A stretch of 64,000 nt of DNA. Source: Fimbriosthenelais zetlandica (taxonomy: Eukaryota). The notes under the pieces were generated by a model. It worked only from the letters and a program-made list of their open reading frames with translations. It had not been told where the DNA came from and did not search any database. Within the stretch, counting starts at the first letter, position 1, and each line of letters starts with the position of its first letter. The stretch spans positions 15,190,001 through 15,254,000 of the forward strand of contig OZ365113.1 of NCBI GenBank assembly GCA_977030845.1. Direction: 5' to 3'. Shown in pieces: positions 40,616-52,865 of the stretch. The position numbers and the translations under genes are program-made.

Positions 40616-43600
40616 ATATATCTATAGGTGTAAAGTTTGTGTGTAGGGCCTATAATATAATATGGTTGGCAGACTTTTATCGAACGTCGAATTTTTTATG
40701 CAAAAACTAATACTTGACTTAATTGCCTCACTGTTGCAGGAACTGGCCATTTGCCAGTTAGCCTTGCCTATCTGAATGTTTAAAACATCCACTCAATCAC
40801 AGTGTTTTAGTGCTATGAAAGCTTAAATGTCACTTGTATTGTCAATCATGATTAAAATGAGGAAAAGGCTCTCCCTGGCTGAACACATATTTCAGTAATT
40901 ATCTTGTAATTTTTCTGGCCAAATTCAACTAGGATGAGATTAAGCTGTCTGCCTGTCTGTTTGTCCAATATTTTTTTACCCGTCTGTGAGTCTTTAGATC
41001 TAAGATAAGTTTATCTTATCTTGACATAACACAATCTGATGGCAATCTGGTTGACCAATGGCTCAGTGTGGATCCATGCACTCTCTTAAATGTACTTCAT
41101 GCCTTGCCTGCCATTCCTGCCAAGATAGGATGGTGGAAAATAAGGATTCCCACTTGTTTTAAACAGTTTTTTAATAAAAAGAACTCTTTCCTTTTGGATG
41201 AAACCAAAACGTTCGCAAATTTTGTCCCGCTTGGTTAATTAAGATGAGGTGAAGAAGAAGGATTACCTGCAGTTCACATCGAGAATCTGAGCCTGATCGT
41301 CGCGATTATCTTTCTCCGGGCACTCAAAGGACGTTTTCAGCTCGAGATACTTAATTTTAAGCCATTGACACTTCAGAATTAAGAGCACTATTTGAACATC
41401 TCAGATGATATAATACCACAAAAAAAAGTATTCATACAAACACTCGTTCCTCAATACTTGAATTATAGGGTCCTAGAGAAGGAGGGACTTTATGGGATAA
41501 GTTAATTGCGAGAAGGGATGAAACTTTCCCGACTGATCTTTTGCATTTGACTCTTAATTATCTGATACATTATGATGATGGGGGCGGTCTGGAGGTTGTG
41601 CGACCTGTTTCAATCAAAAGTGCAGAATGTCCTGATATAAAGATCACCAAATCAACTAAAAGCCTTAATTCCAGTACATGGAATCCATCTAGGTATCTCA
41701 TTAAACTGGCTCGTGGGAGTACGTTTATGATTTTATATTGGGCAGATGACTTCATCAGACCTATTATACTAGATGAATTTCTACTTAGGCTTGGGAAAAA
41801 GCACACTTGTATGTGAATTTGTTAGAACAACTTAAAAACACGCAATGAGAAAATGCGGATACGGCGCAGTTCTGCAATTCTCTCCATCAAAATTCCTTTA
41901 ACAGTTACAGAAATAGACCCTGAACAGGCATCTTGAAAAGGGATAACGCATTTAAAGTACTCAAAATGTTCTTAAAGGTACCTACCTCAATGTTTTCTCA
42001 CAAAGGAAGAGTGGGCAAGAGAACCTCTTCCTGAAAGCGCCACCACTGGACCTTTTGCTGTGATGGATCACCGTTTTCAATGACAGATCACAATGTTCTT
42101 TATATGGTGAACACTTCCTCCAAGCTAAACCACCTTTAACTACAGTGTTGGGTCCTGTTAAAAACACGTCTGGCCAACAAGCAGTAATGTATAGTTGTAG
42201 ATGGCCCGGAGCTAAAAGTGTCTACAAATTCCCAACAAAAGGCCTGACAGAGCAATAGCCATGCAAGTCCTTTCTGCTCAGTGAACAGTGATGTAGCTCT
42301 CGGTAGGCTAACCACTCGCAGCCAAAAGTTGAACTGAGGAGTAACCGCGTTTGGGCTTTACTGAGCCTCAGAGAGGGGCCGCCACATGTCTCTCTTTCAC
42401 AGGCATCTCACGAGCCACTCACTCTTTTCACATCCAGCCAATCAGCGTTCAGAATTCGCACATAAGTATGTGTAGTTGGTAAGTGAAGGGAAGTCAGCAA
42501 CAGCTCTCTGTTTCTCTGTCCTTGGTAAAGTGATCTTCCCCAGAATGACTTATAATGTCATCCATTTTGACCTAAAATATTACCCATACCACCTTTTAAC
42601 AGATGACCTGTCCTTCAAGGCGTGAGAGATAGACGCGGCCTGTAGTCAATTGGCTTGGTACTATTTGCAAAATAATGGGGCTTGATGAAGGGGCTTTGTG
42701 ACTGTGTGAATTGTAAATGGTCCATTAAGTGATGCCATGAGACATGTAATTCTGTTCTAGACTGGTGTGAAAATCTATCACGGCAATGGTAATGACTAAT
42801 CAAACACGTACAATGAATCCATCCTCATTGACACTGACAGAAATGCTCCCGGTCTGGTTAAAAACCGTAGACAACAATAGGTCCCTATGACAGTTGGGGA
42901 TATAGCCTTGCCACCCCTTAACACACCAATATCCTGTCTCAGTATCATTAATACAGGATTGTTAGAACATATATATGCTAATCATGAGAGTTTATGGAGA
43001 TCAACAGATAATTGAACACCTAGCCTATTTGTATTCTATTGATGGTGTTTTGAGCATTCCTTCTCGCTATGTGAATGCAGGACTATAGCAATTAACTAGA
43101 TCTATGGTGATATCGAATGAAAGCTTTACGGACAAGACAATGAATACTAATTGTGACCATGCTGCAATATCATTCTGCCGCAACGCATCAATGGCTCCCA
43201 TCAAATCTACACTGATTTACATGGAACTGGTATTCGTTATATAAATGCGATGTCGAGTTCCTATATAGAGAGAATCGATCATCTTATATACTTTATGTCA
43301 GATTTCATATTGTCATATCATATCACGTATATTGGGAGTCATGCAATTAATGAAGTATCTAAGCCCTATACTACAATGTAATAGTTTAACATGTATTAGG
43401 TCTGAATCATTGGACACATTGACTGACATCCTGTTCATTTTGTAATCCACTTTCCTCTTGCATAATTTCCGGATCCAGGTTTCGGTTTAGTGCATTTAAA
43501 GGAATCATGGGATGGCCGACCGTCCCCAAACAGGGGTTTGAGCCGAGGAAATTTGCCCAGGGGTGCAGCAGGTCTTGAATTCTTGATCTTTCACTTGTAC

Positions 43601-43747
43601 GTCAGTGTATATAGTTAACACCCTTCTCATCCACATTCTGAAAAACGTGAGTTTGGCGAAGGTTTATTTGACACTATAAGTGGAAGAGTGAGTTATGATT
43701 TTCATTGTTTCAACGCCGATTGTTCCCAGGAAATGAAGGTACCTTCC

Positions 43748-44056
43748 CTTTGGTTTACACTATGTTTTGATACGTTCTAATATCTCTAATATCACGTTTC
43801 CCATTACCGTTCCCCCAGGTTCTCTCAAGTTCATCCCGTTTTGACCCGTTTCAGATATTTTCAAACGAACGTGGATAATGTAAACATGGCTAAAAGCCGT
43901 TCTGACCCTATCATTGTGATACCCCGTCACACAACATATATCAAAACATTTGTTTAAAAACTTGTTCATAATGGAAAATAGCAATATTTCCACGTTTCAG
44001 TACGTTTCATACAAACATGAAGAACGTGGTGGACGTGAACCTAGTGTAAACCTAGC
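43748..44056. mobile_element. Harbinger-like MITE
   Basis: An 11-bp perfect inverted repeat pairs GGTTTACACTA (43752-43762) with TAGTGTAAACC (44042-44052). The right end reads GCTAGGTTTACACTAG on the minus strand. ACGTT and CCCGTT motifs recur internally. Confidence 0.5.
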
Positions 44057-45345
44057 ATTCTGAGTGGCCAGGGAGCGTGAACATCTTGTGTCGTGGTAAG
44101 GCATGTATGGAAAATGAATACATCTCTTGGGACTGGTGATACATAAAACAATGGCTTTCATTTGGAACACCGGGGATTGTATTATTACATATTTCAAATC
44201 TGTTATACCCGCCTGAACACATTTGGGGCATCATATATTTTCCCTCATGAGAGACATGTTCCAGTTCAGAGGTCTCCAATCTTTGCTGCCCCCCTTTGGG
44301 CCAATATGTAAATTCTTTTTCCCCTGCCACTTCATCTCCAACCTTTTATAAAGCTTCAGCTCCAGCTAGTCATGAAGTTATCCATTACACATATATCAAT
44401 GTTCGCCAATGCAGGGAGCTGTTTCACTGACATTTCAAGCCAGAGTAACAGTAAAGGATAAGAAGATTCCTGGGGGCAGCAAGTCTGAGCAAGATAGCCG
44501 CACTGCATACCGAGATATGGGAGTGTCATTTCTCCACCGAAGCACAACCACACACCATGCAGTTACTATTCTTGTCCGGCATCTATGTTCTGCATGTTTA
44601 ACTGTGTATATGACTCAATGGCTTCATGTTACAATGCATATCTACCGAAAATTCTGTTGGATCCCAGAGGAACCAACAAAAAATATATTGACAAATGAAT
44701 TACAGCTAATATATGCGACTTTCCTGACATCAGTGAATCTTGCCTATTTTACAGGATATGAGTTTACTAATATGATTATCATGCAAGGGTCAATTATTTG
44801 GCATGAGGTTTGGCAGAAAAGTTCTTGTCAATTCAGTATATCCGACTTGGTCAGCAAAGGCCCTTTATTGTAATTGACACTGATGAAATAACCGCAATCA
44901 AATACTGTGTCTGGCCATGTATGCCGTCACTGCCTGCAACCTGGGAGCATGAAACTGAGCTAAAGTGATGTAAAAAAATACATCGTGTAGGGCCGAATGT
45001 TGTATACTGACTCTTGATACTCATTCTGCTCTACAACCACTGATCTTTCCTGAATAAACAACTGCTGGACCATGCATGGGCAAGGACGTATCGGAATGTG
45101 AGCATTGATTCTCATCATATATTGGTTTATCACCAGTACAATTGTAAAGGGAAGACAATGCCATCCTGCCTACAATTAAAACAGGCAGGATGGGTGAATG
45201 TGGTCGAGATGGCTGTAGTTTATATTGACCTGAGTTGGCTTCCCCATTCAATCATGTTGTCTCTTTGTTGCCAACAACGCCGGGACAGCTCAATACATTT
45301 AAATCGTTGACACCCAGAGGGATTCCTACCTATGTCCTACAATAA

Positions 45346-45430
45346 CCCTTTCGCGGCGGAAGGGTCTAAGAAAGGAGGTATTTTTCAAATTGTCTCTCTT
45401 GACATGGGAAAGGTTGACATGGGAAAAGGG
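45346..45430. mobile_element. Possible piggyBac-like miniature remnant
   Basis: Ends are CCCTTT...AAAGGG with TTAA on the right and ATAA on the left. The TIR is only 6 bp. Confidence 0.3.
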
Positions 45431-48400
45431 TTAATGAACATGTTCGGTTTAAGCAATCGTGTTCTGTGTTGGTCCCTTCCCATATAAAATGTCAATCCGT
45501 TCTGATTCCTTTCTTAAAGGTTCTGTGAAATAGCTCTCATTGTTAGTCATCTAGACCTCTTTCATGGTTCCAATCGTTCGCTTACTATGCAATGTTTAAA
45601 TGTATTGAGGGATAATTTAGCAGGCCTGCAGATAAATTTAATATAAATTCACGAAATTTTAGGGCACGGTTTTCCCTGTAGTATGGTTTGCCATTCTTGA
45701 TTGATCAATGAATGGACTAAAGGGAATCGACCAAACCAATCGGAGATTTCCATGAAGTGACAGCCTTTGGTCCTGCAGGACAGGTATTATGTCTTGGCTT
45801 ATTGGAAGATTTTCTCCAAATAAGGGTGGGGGGGGGGGGGGCTTAGATCTTCTGACAAAAAACAGACAGGAAAAACCAGACACATTTTACAGACTTATGA
45901 TTCAGGACGCACTGTGGACTAACGGTATAGAGTTTCAACCTATTTCACCCAGAATTACTGAACAAGATTTCATTCTTGAATAACTATATGACCATAATGG
46001 GAGAATGCCTTGTCTAATGTTGTTTAGCTTACTGCTGAAAAGCCTTACAATATGGTGAGTGGATGTGAATAAAATATGAGCCCTAATCTGTTTTTCAATA
46101 TTTTGATTAAAGGTCGAAGAGGTCCCGTTCTGAGATACTTGACAGGTTGCTGGACGTTCTGTTACTCACTCTCATCTATTCGCTGACAGGTAAGTTGACA
46201 GTAAGGATAATTATATAATTATTTTATATTAATTGTTCAGTTGGTTCATATGTACCTCTGGCCACATAGACCTGTATATGAACTCAATCTTCTCTTAAAT
46301 TCATAAGAGACATGTTTCCGTGTGATGCGATACATTGGTGTTACAAACTAATGTTACTGTTTTGCCATTTGATATGAAAGTTGGGAAAGAATGAATGGAA
46401 ATCGCAAAAGGTATTATTTCTCGACATTAATCATCGTAATGCTGCATGCACATAGAAGCCAGGAAAAGTGTCCTTGATGTCGTTAGGCCTACTCATTCGA
46501 GTTCTCATTTGAATTAACACTTTAGTGAAAGTTACCTCGCCTATAATTTCCATTCTGGAACATTGGGATTCTGACAATTATTTTCTTATAGTCATTAACT
46601 GAAAGCTCTCACGTGGATCGTAAAATAATTCAATATGATCACACGACTTGATGACATTAGTTTTCTTATTCACACACGAGATTAAAATTTTAAGTTTTGT
46701 ACGATTAGATGGACTTGTTCCCGGGAAATGATGTGAGTGAACACATCTAATCAGAGCTTTTGATATTGAATCCATTAACATTTACATAAATTTATGTAGA
46801 TCTCAACTTCGTTTTATCTGCGTCAGATTTAATCTGAGAATATGAAGCAAAACGTTGAAATGAAGAGTTTCTTAGTTGAACATTAAACACCAGGGGTTTG
46901 AATTGAGCAAACGAAGGAATTGCTACAACCGGATATTCTCCCCAGGCACTTCCGGTTGACAGAAAGGCACTCATCTCAGCTTCCAGAATTTGGTTTGCAT
47001 TTGCTGGATGCAATTCCATCCCCATCTTAAGAATGTGGTTTTGAAAACCCGCTAAACCAACAAAATTGAAATCATTTTGTACTCGTGTTTGTGCTTTTAG
47101 CAATAGTCTTTGTAATAATATTGATATGATTCATCGTCCTATATCAAGCAACATGTCAGGGTTTAAACCATCAGATACGATTTGCAATCCGACGCAGCTT
47201 TTAAAAATAGATAGGGAATGGCCCCAACATAAAATGTCCGATGCCATCATGGCATATCTATTCATTAACAAATGCTAGTCGTCAGTCCTACCAAGTCCAT
47301 TTCCTTGCATCACTAATATACGGATGATTTAGAAATATAGAACGAATGGCATATAGATGACTAATAAACATGAGTGCTCGATGTGTGCACATTGGGTAGA
47401 GTGGTGGGGTTTTGATGAGTAAAAGTCCTGAAACTAACTCGGCATTACAGTACAATCCATCCATTTCTTTATTTCTTCATTTTGCATGGAACTTTATAAT
47501 TCTTTTCCTCCATTGACGTCCCTTATACGCCTTGGGGGCATTCAATGCCATAGTGGTTACCTCTGCTCGCTTCCAGCCCTCAAAATCAGGTCGTTTCCGG
47601 CTTATGTGTGCTTATTCACATCACACAGTGCAACACGTCTGGATCACCTCTAGATTGCACCGTGCAAGTTGATTGGATCTCCGTGGTAGAGACACTATTA
47701 GATACAAGTGGGGAATACCCAGCCAAACATTAAATAAGCTACTCGCCAATCAGTACACACATCACCCTTTGGATTGGGTCAAGCTTAAAACATGCTGGGA
47801 GCAAATGATTTTGTCACTTGATCTCCAACACGACTAAATACCAGTGACTTAAATGACCCCATCCACCCCATAGTCCGACGCGTAGAAACGCCCATCTAGC
47901 CCAGCTATTCATTAGATTCTGATTCCCCACAGAGATTTTATCTGTCAAAATAGATGTAATTGATCCCGGATATCCCCAATATTTTTCATTCCTTTCAGAA
48001 AAGTTAATTTCCCTCTTGTGGATTTATGGAGAGCTTTGCACAATAATGAGAGTTAGGTAGCGGTAGGACCATATCTGGTTTCAGAGTGTGGAATATGGTC
48101 AATAGTGAAGTAGACACTGTTATCAGACATGACCAGAGTGCCTGCTATAGAAAAGAGACACCTCCCTGGTCAGCAGGGCGAGGTCCGTTCACATTGCCAC
48201 CTAATAGTGAAGGGTTAACACTGCGCCCCTCTCATCCTTCCTTCACCTGCTCACACCACACAATCAGCACCAAACACACAACCACCAATGTGTAGCAAAT
48301 TGTTCTGCCTGGCCTCACCTTATTCCAGATCACTTTCACCAGAAAATGACCACATGTAAAGGGCATAAGGTTGTGTGGATGGTGTCAACTAGGAGAAGAG

Positions 48401-51400
48401 ATTGAAAGCCCTTTGGTAGGCTGACTGTTGGGGCTTTTCTGCATGGATTGCATAAGAGTAATGGATAATTTGTTTTCCTCTCTGCCTTGTATATAATGGT
48501 ATTCATTAAACAGTGACAGCAGTATCACAATATTCCTGTTATAGAACATGCCAGAAATAACATCCAAGGATACTTGAAAGAACTCATGCAGCTACCTGTA
48601 GCCGTCAGGATCAGTGACCCAACACATCATTTGCAGACAACCCTAAGCGAAGGCTTAGGTCCTGCTTAGAGCATCTTCATTACATATTACTCTATTACCT
48701 TACTTGTATCTTTATCAGATACCAATTGCTTTAAAAAGACAATTCATGATCCCCGCCCCTGACCAGCTGATAGTAGACCATTGCCTGCTTGGGCCTAGGT
48801 CTGCTTTGGAGCCCAGCAATAGCAAGCTACATGGCACATACACAAATTACAGCAAGGACAAATGGCCACTTGCTGCGAAGATTAATGAGAGTGTATCCAC
48901 CTGCTTCAAGCTCTGTGAACCGCTGCTTAAGGAAGGCAGTCTTACAGGCGAGCACCCTCTATCTGGTCAAATGTTCCTAAGTTGGCAGTTATTTCTCAAA
49001 TGGATCGTTTTGGATCCCTTCAACTTCAAACACCCCCATACCCCGCTCAATATAATCATTGACCTTTAGATCTGTACCGATGTCTGATGAACTGTTAATG
49101 ATCTATCAAATAATTATAACTGAATAATCAGAAGCCTCGAATTTTAATCATCCTGTGAGGCTTACCAGTAGAATCTTGAGGCACCACGGGGAGTCCACGG
49201 GGAATATTTCAATATAATGAAATTAATTTTTAGGGAAACATAAAAAACTACTAGTAATTTTTGTGTGCTTTGAAATGACTTTCGATGAGCTTTTTAAACG
49301 TTTAATTGTCATATTTTCAGTTGACAACATGATTTCCTCCAGTGCACATGGGGAATAATTATAAATTCAATTAATCGATCCATCAGTTGGCTGTTTGTGC
49401 TACTTATAAACTGCTGTCTTTCAGAAAATGTTATACATACTACTTATCATCTTTATGCAAATCGAATGTGCCTTGCTGATATAAATTTGAATCACATCAG
49501 GAGTTTTTTTCTCAGGCAGAAGCAAAAACGTCTCAAAGTTTGAAAAAGATGTACCATATTTTAGTTATTCAAGTTGTTTTTTCTCCTGGTCCATCTTCCA
49601 TCTCCATTGTGGAAATGGAATGGCAAAAACTGCTCAAATATTCAAACCTAACAGATCTATATGGGAGTTGATGGGTTGGTGCATCTATTAGAAAATGAAC
49701 CAAGGAGGTCAAAGGTGTTACATCTGTTTTGCATCCCCCCATTATAGCCTGGCTTTGTATGGATGGTATGGACTGAAGAGAATACGTTCTCTGCTTTTCC
49801 CGCTATTTTTGACACCGTCTAAATTCAAGGCAACGAGTACAAATCCATTACGACGTCCTATTCGCACTTATACAGTCTTTTGACCCACATATATATGACC
49901 AATTGCTTTTGTCGAAATCACATAGATGGTGTTGTGAAACCATTCTTTATACCCCATCTCATTTCTTTCATGATAAAAGTGTGTAATGTCCTCGCTATAA
50001 AACTAACTGAATGGTATTTGTCGTAACTTTAAAGGTAGGACTGGGATCTTCTAGAGTATTAAAATATAATAAAATGAGAATCACACTTTATACAGGCATT
50101 ACAGTGTCGTATTTTTACATTCCTACCGGCATAAAGTCCACTCTTAGGAGGGAATAATTGAGAAAGCCAGGATGATTTACCTACAAAAGGTGGTCCTGAA
50201 ACATCCCAAGATGGCATGAGTGGTTAGGCCTGTCTTACTGAAAATGCACTATTCATGGACCTGAGTCTGTGAGACAAGTGTCACTGAAAGGGAAGTTGAA
50301 AGGGAGGACAGGGCAAATGTGCGTGTTAAGGAGACTGACTTTACCTTGACAACAATAAGAGGCCATGTCATTTCAGCTATGAAACATTACACCATCTGCT
50401 TCACTTCCAGCTTCACTATATGAAATTGGAGACCAGCCTACGTTCTCGGGACCATTTTGCAAAATGTCAAATGTACTGGCCCTTGTAATTTCCAATCGTT
50501 TATAAAACTTGGAAGGTGATACACAAAATGACAAATTAAATTCCTACAAAATCGATAAGAGAAAATAACTGCACAAAAATATGGAACAAAAAGATTAATC
50601 ATAAGGAATGATAAGGAAGCACATTTTGTAAGACCATGTCTGACAGTTGCTTCATTGAGTCATTGCCAGAGATTATCTATTTGCCTGTAATTAAGAGAAT
50701 ATAAAAGGACAGAACAGAATGAGGCACTCCTCTTATCTGCAAAGTTTAATGCCACTGTTTGGACCCGTGTCTTTCTTATACAAAACAGATAAGGAATTTT
50801 AAGACACAATGATTGGTAGTGATAGTCTATAGAGTGCTGAATCACTTTTCCACACTGCAACTACTTTTTCTCTAAATCAAATTTTATCTCTCCACTTGCT
50901 CGTATTGGGAATAATCAGACCTCGTCCATTGTGGTCCATGGCATTTACAGTCGTTATCAGGTAATAATTGAATAATTCAATGTGGATAATGTCAAGGTTT
51001 ATGCTTTACACCCATTGACATGCCCTGAAAGTTGTTGTTTGAATGGGTAATGAATGGGGAATGTTGTTTGCTTTGGTAATCCTTGTTCGTGACCAATGGT
51101 CTTGATTGAGCAGACGAGCCGCTGCTTAATTATGTTGCCTTCATTCTCTGCTATGATGTGAAAGTCACGTGTCAGTGTTTAAAAACGAAAGAAAAATATA
51201 TTGCCTCTCCCTAATTAAAGAAGACTGGTATAGGAGCGAATAGGGAAATAAGAGAAAACAGTGATTAAATCAGCCTACAGGCGGAAAATAAAGTACGTAG
51301 TACAGAGATTTGGGTGACACGAGGAACATTAATCTATTATATATCTATTCTACTGATTAAACGTCGATAAAATCCGTCACTGATCTATAAATAATTACAA

Positions 51401-51886
51401 TTATAAAGTATTGTTTCATTACGCCTCCACGCGTCTAATCATCTGCAAGCTTTTACTGCCATGATATTGTTCTTTTATGATCAAATCTGAATCATGCATC
51501 CTAGGAATTATTGTTTCCCCCAGATATAATAACTCATTTTCTACGGTCCTGAAAGTATCATTTTTACTTTGGATTATCACTCATGTGTGCAGGGTCTGGG
51601 TGGGGGAAGTGGTGATATTGCTAAGTATATTATACCTCTGGTGAGCAATTTCCCACTCCAGTCTCGTATATTCCCCCTGTAGTATAACAAGAGCGAGAGG
51701 AGGCTGCGATTTTTCGCAGAAGATATGATCGCAGCACAAGTCCTGCGAAAAGTTCAGCGAGCGCTAGCTGGCTCCCGCTTGCATAACATCACTCGCATCG
51801 CTGGAGTTAACGAAACGTCCCTCAGCGATCAGACGCTGCGAGCGGTGGGCTGCGAAAATTCGCAGCCTCCTCTCGCTGAGATATGA

Positions 51887-51931
51887 TATCTGAGATATGG
51901 TTATCTGAGATATGGTTATCTGAGATATGGT
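51887..51931 (+). repeat. 15-bp tandem array (TATCTGAGATATGGT)x3, left arm of the foldback element
   Basis: Three identical units, counted directly. Confidence 0.95.
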
Positions 51932-52009
51932 AACATCAGCGAGGGGACGCTGCGAAAATCTCTGTGAGAAAACCTTGTGAAAAGGCGGGAACCAAAGGCA
52001 CACTCGCTG

Positions 52010-52114
52010 TTTCCATAGCAGCAACGAAATTTTTCATAGCAACAGCGAGATTTTCCATAGCAACAGCGAAATTTTCCATAGCAACAGCGAAATTTTCCAT
52101 AGCAACAGCGATTT
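52010..52114 (+). repeat. 21-bp tandem array, consensus TTTCCATAGCAACAGCGAAAT, 5 units
   Basis: Counted directly; the units carry a few substitutions. Confidence 0.9.
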
Positions 52115-52644
52115 CGAAGCGTCCGCTCGCTGCCCATGAACCAGATCATATTAATCTGGCCATTGTAGGCCTATAACCTTAGACTAACGGTTAGGGCCTA
52201 GGCCTATGCATTAGGGTAGGCCCTAGGCCTAGGCCTATTTGAAATTGTACCTTAGGCCACACCCCTGTCCTCAGCTTGTCCCTGGAAGATAGTCTAGGCG
52301 TAGAGGATTAGGCCGGGCTATAGGCTAACCCTCCCCTCTTCTCATGCCCACCACACCGATGGGACGGTCATAATTATCTGGTTAGGCTAATAGGCCTATT
52401 AACATTATTGCCTATTAGGCCTAGGCCTAGACATGAAGCAGATAACTTAGGATAATTGTTAAACCAAAAGGGAAATGTCCTATACCGTTTTTATAGGCCT
52501 ATAGGGCGGGAACCAAGGGATAGGTTACTGGTCCCAGTGCGCTCGCTGTTTCCATGGCTACAGCGAAAATTCGCTGCAGCTATGGAAACAGCGAGAGGAG
52601 TCCGCCTCAGCCATATCTAGAGGGAAGCAAAGGCACACTCGCTG

Positions 52645-52707
52645 TTTCCATAGCAGCAGCGAATTTTTTCATAGCAACAGCGAAATTTTCCATAGCAACA
52701 GCGATTT
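52645..52707 (+). repeat. 21-bp tandem array with the same consensus, 3 units, in direct orientation relative to the first
   Basis: Counted directly. It shares the flanks CAAAGGCACACTCGCTG and CGAAGCRTCCGCTCGCTG with the first array. Confidence 0.9.
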
Positions 52708-52730
52708 CGAAGCATCCGCTCGCTGATGTT

Positions 52731-52865
52731 ACCATATCTGAGATAACCATATCTGAGATAACCATATCTGAGATAACCATATCTGAGATAACCATATCTG
52801 AGATAACCATATCTGAGATAACCATATCTGAGATAACCATATCTGAGATAACCATATCTGAGATA
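52731..52865 (+). repeat. 15-bp tandem array (ACCATATCTGAGATA)x9, right arm, inverted relative to the left array
   Basis: Nine identical units, counted directly. This array produces the ITISE and MVISD repeat ORFs in the track. Confidence 0.95.

Noticed and set aside
41770-41830. GLGKSTL P-loop-like motif
   Set aside because: The first Gly of Walker A is missing, no Walker B was found downstream, and the frame is full of stops.
43340-43445. Single LRR-like unit (ILQCNSLTCIRSESLDTLTDIL)
   Set aside because: Only one repeat, with no adjacent LRRs or caps.
44409-44873. 154-aa ORF
   Set aside because: No recognisable domain. About one ORF of this length is expected by chance in six frames of 64 kb.
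52010-52865. CRISPR-like appearance of the regular repeats
   Set aside because: The units are head-to-tail with no unique spacers, there are no cas genes, and the context is eukaryotic.
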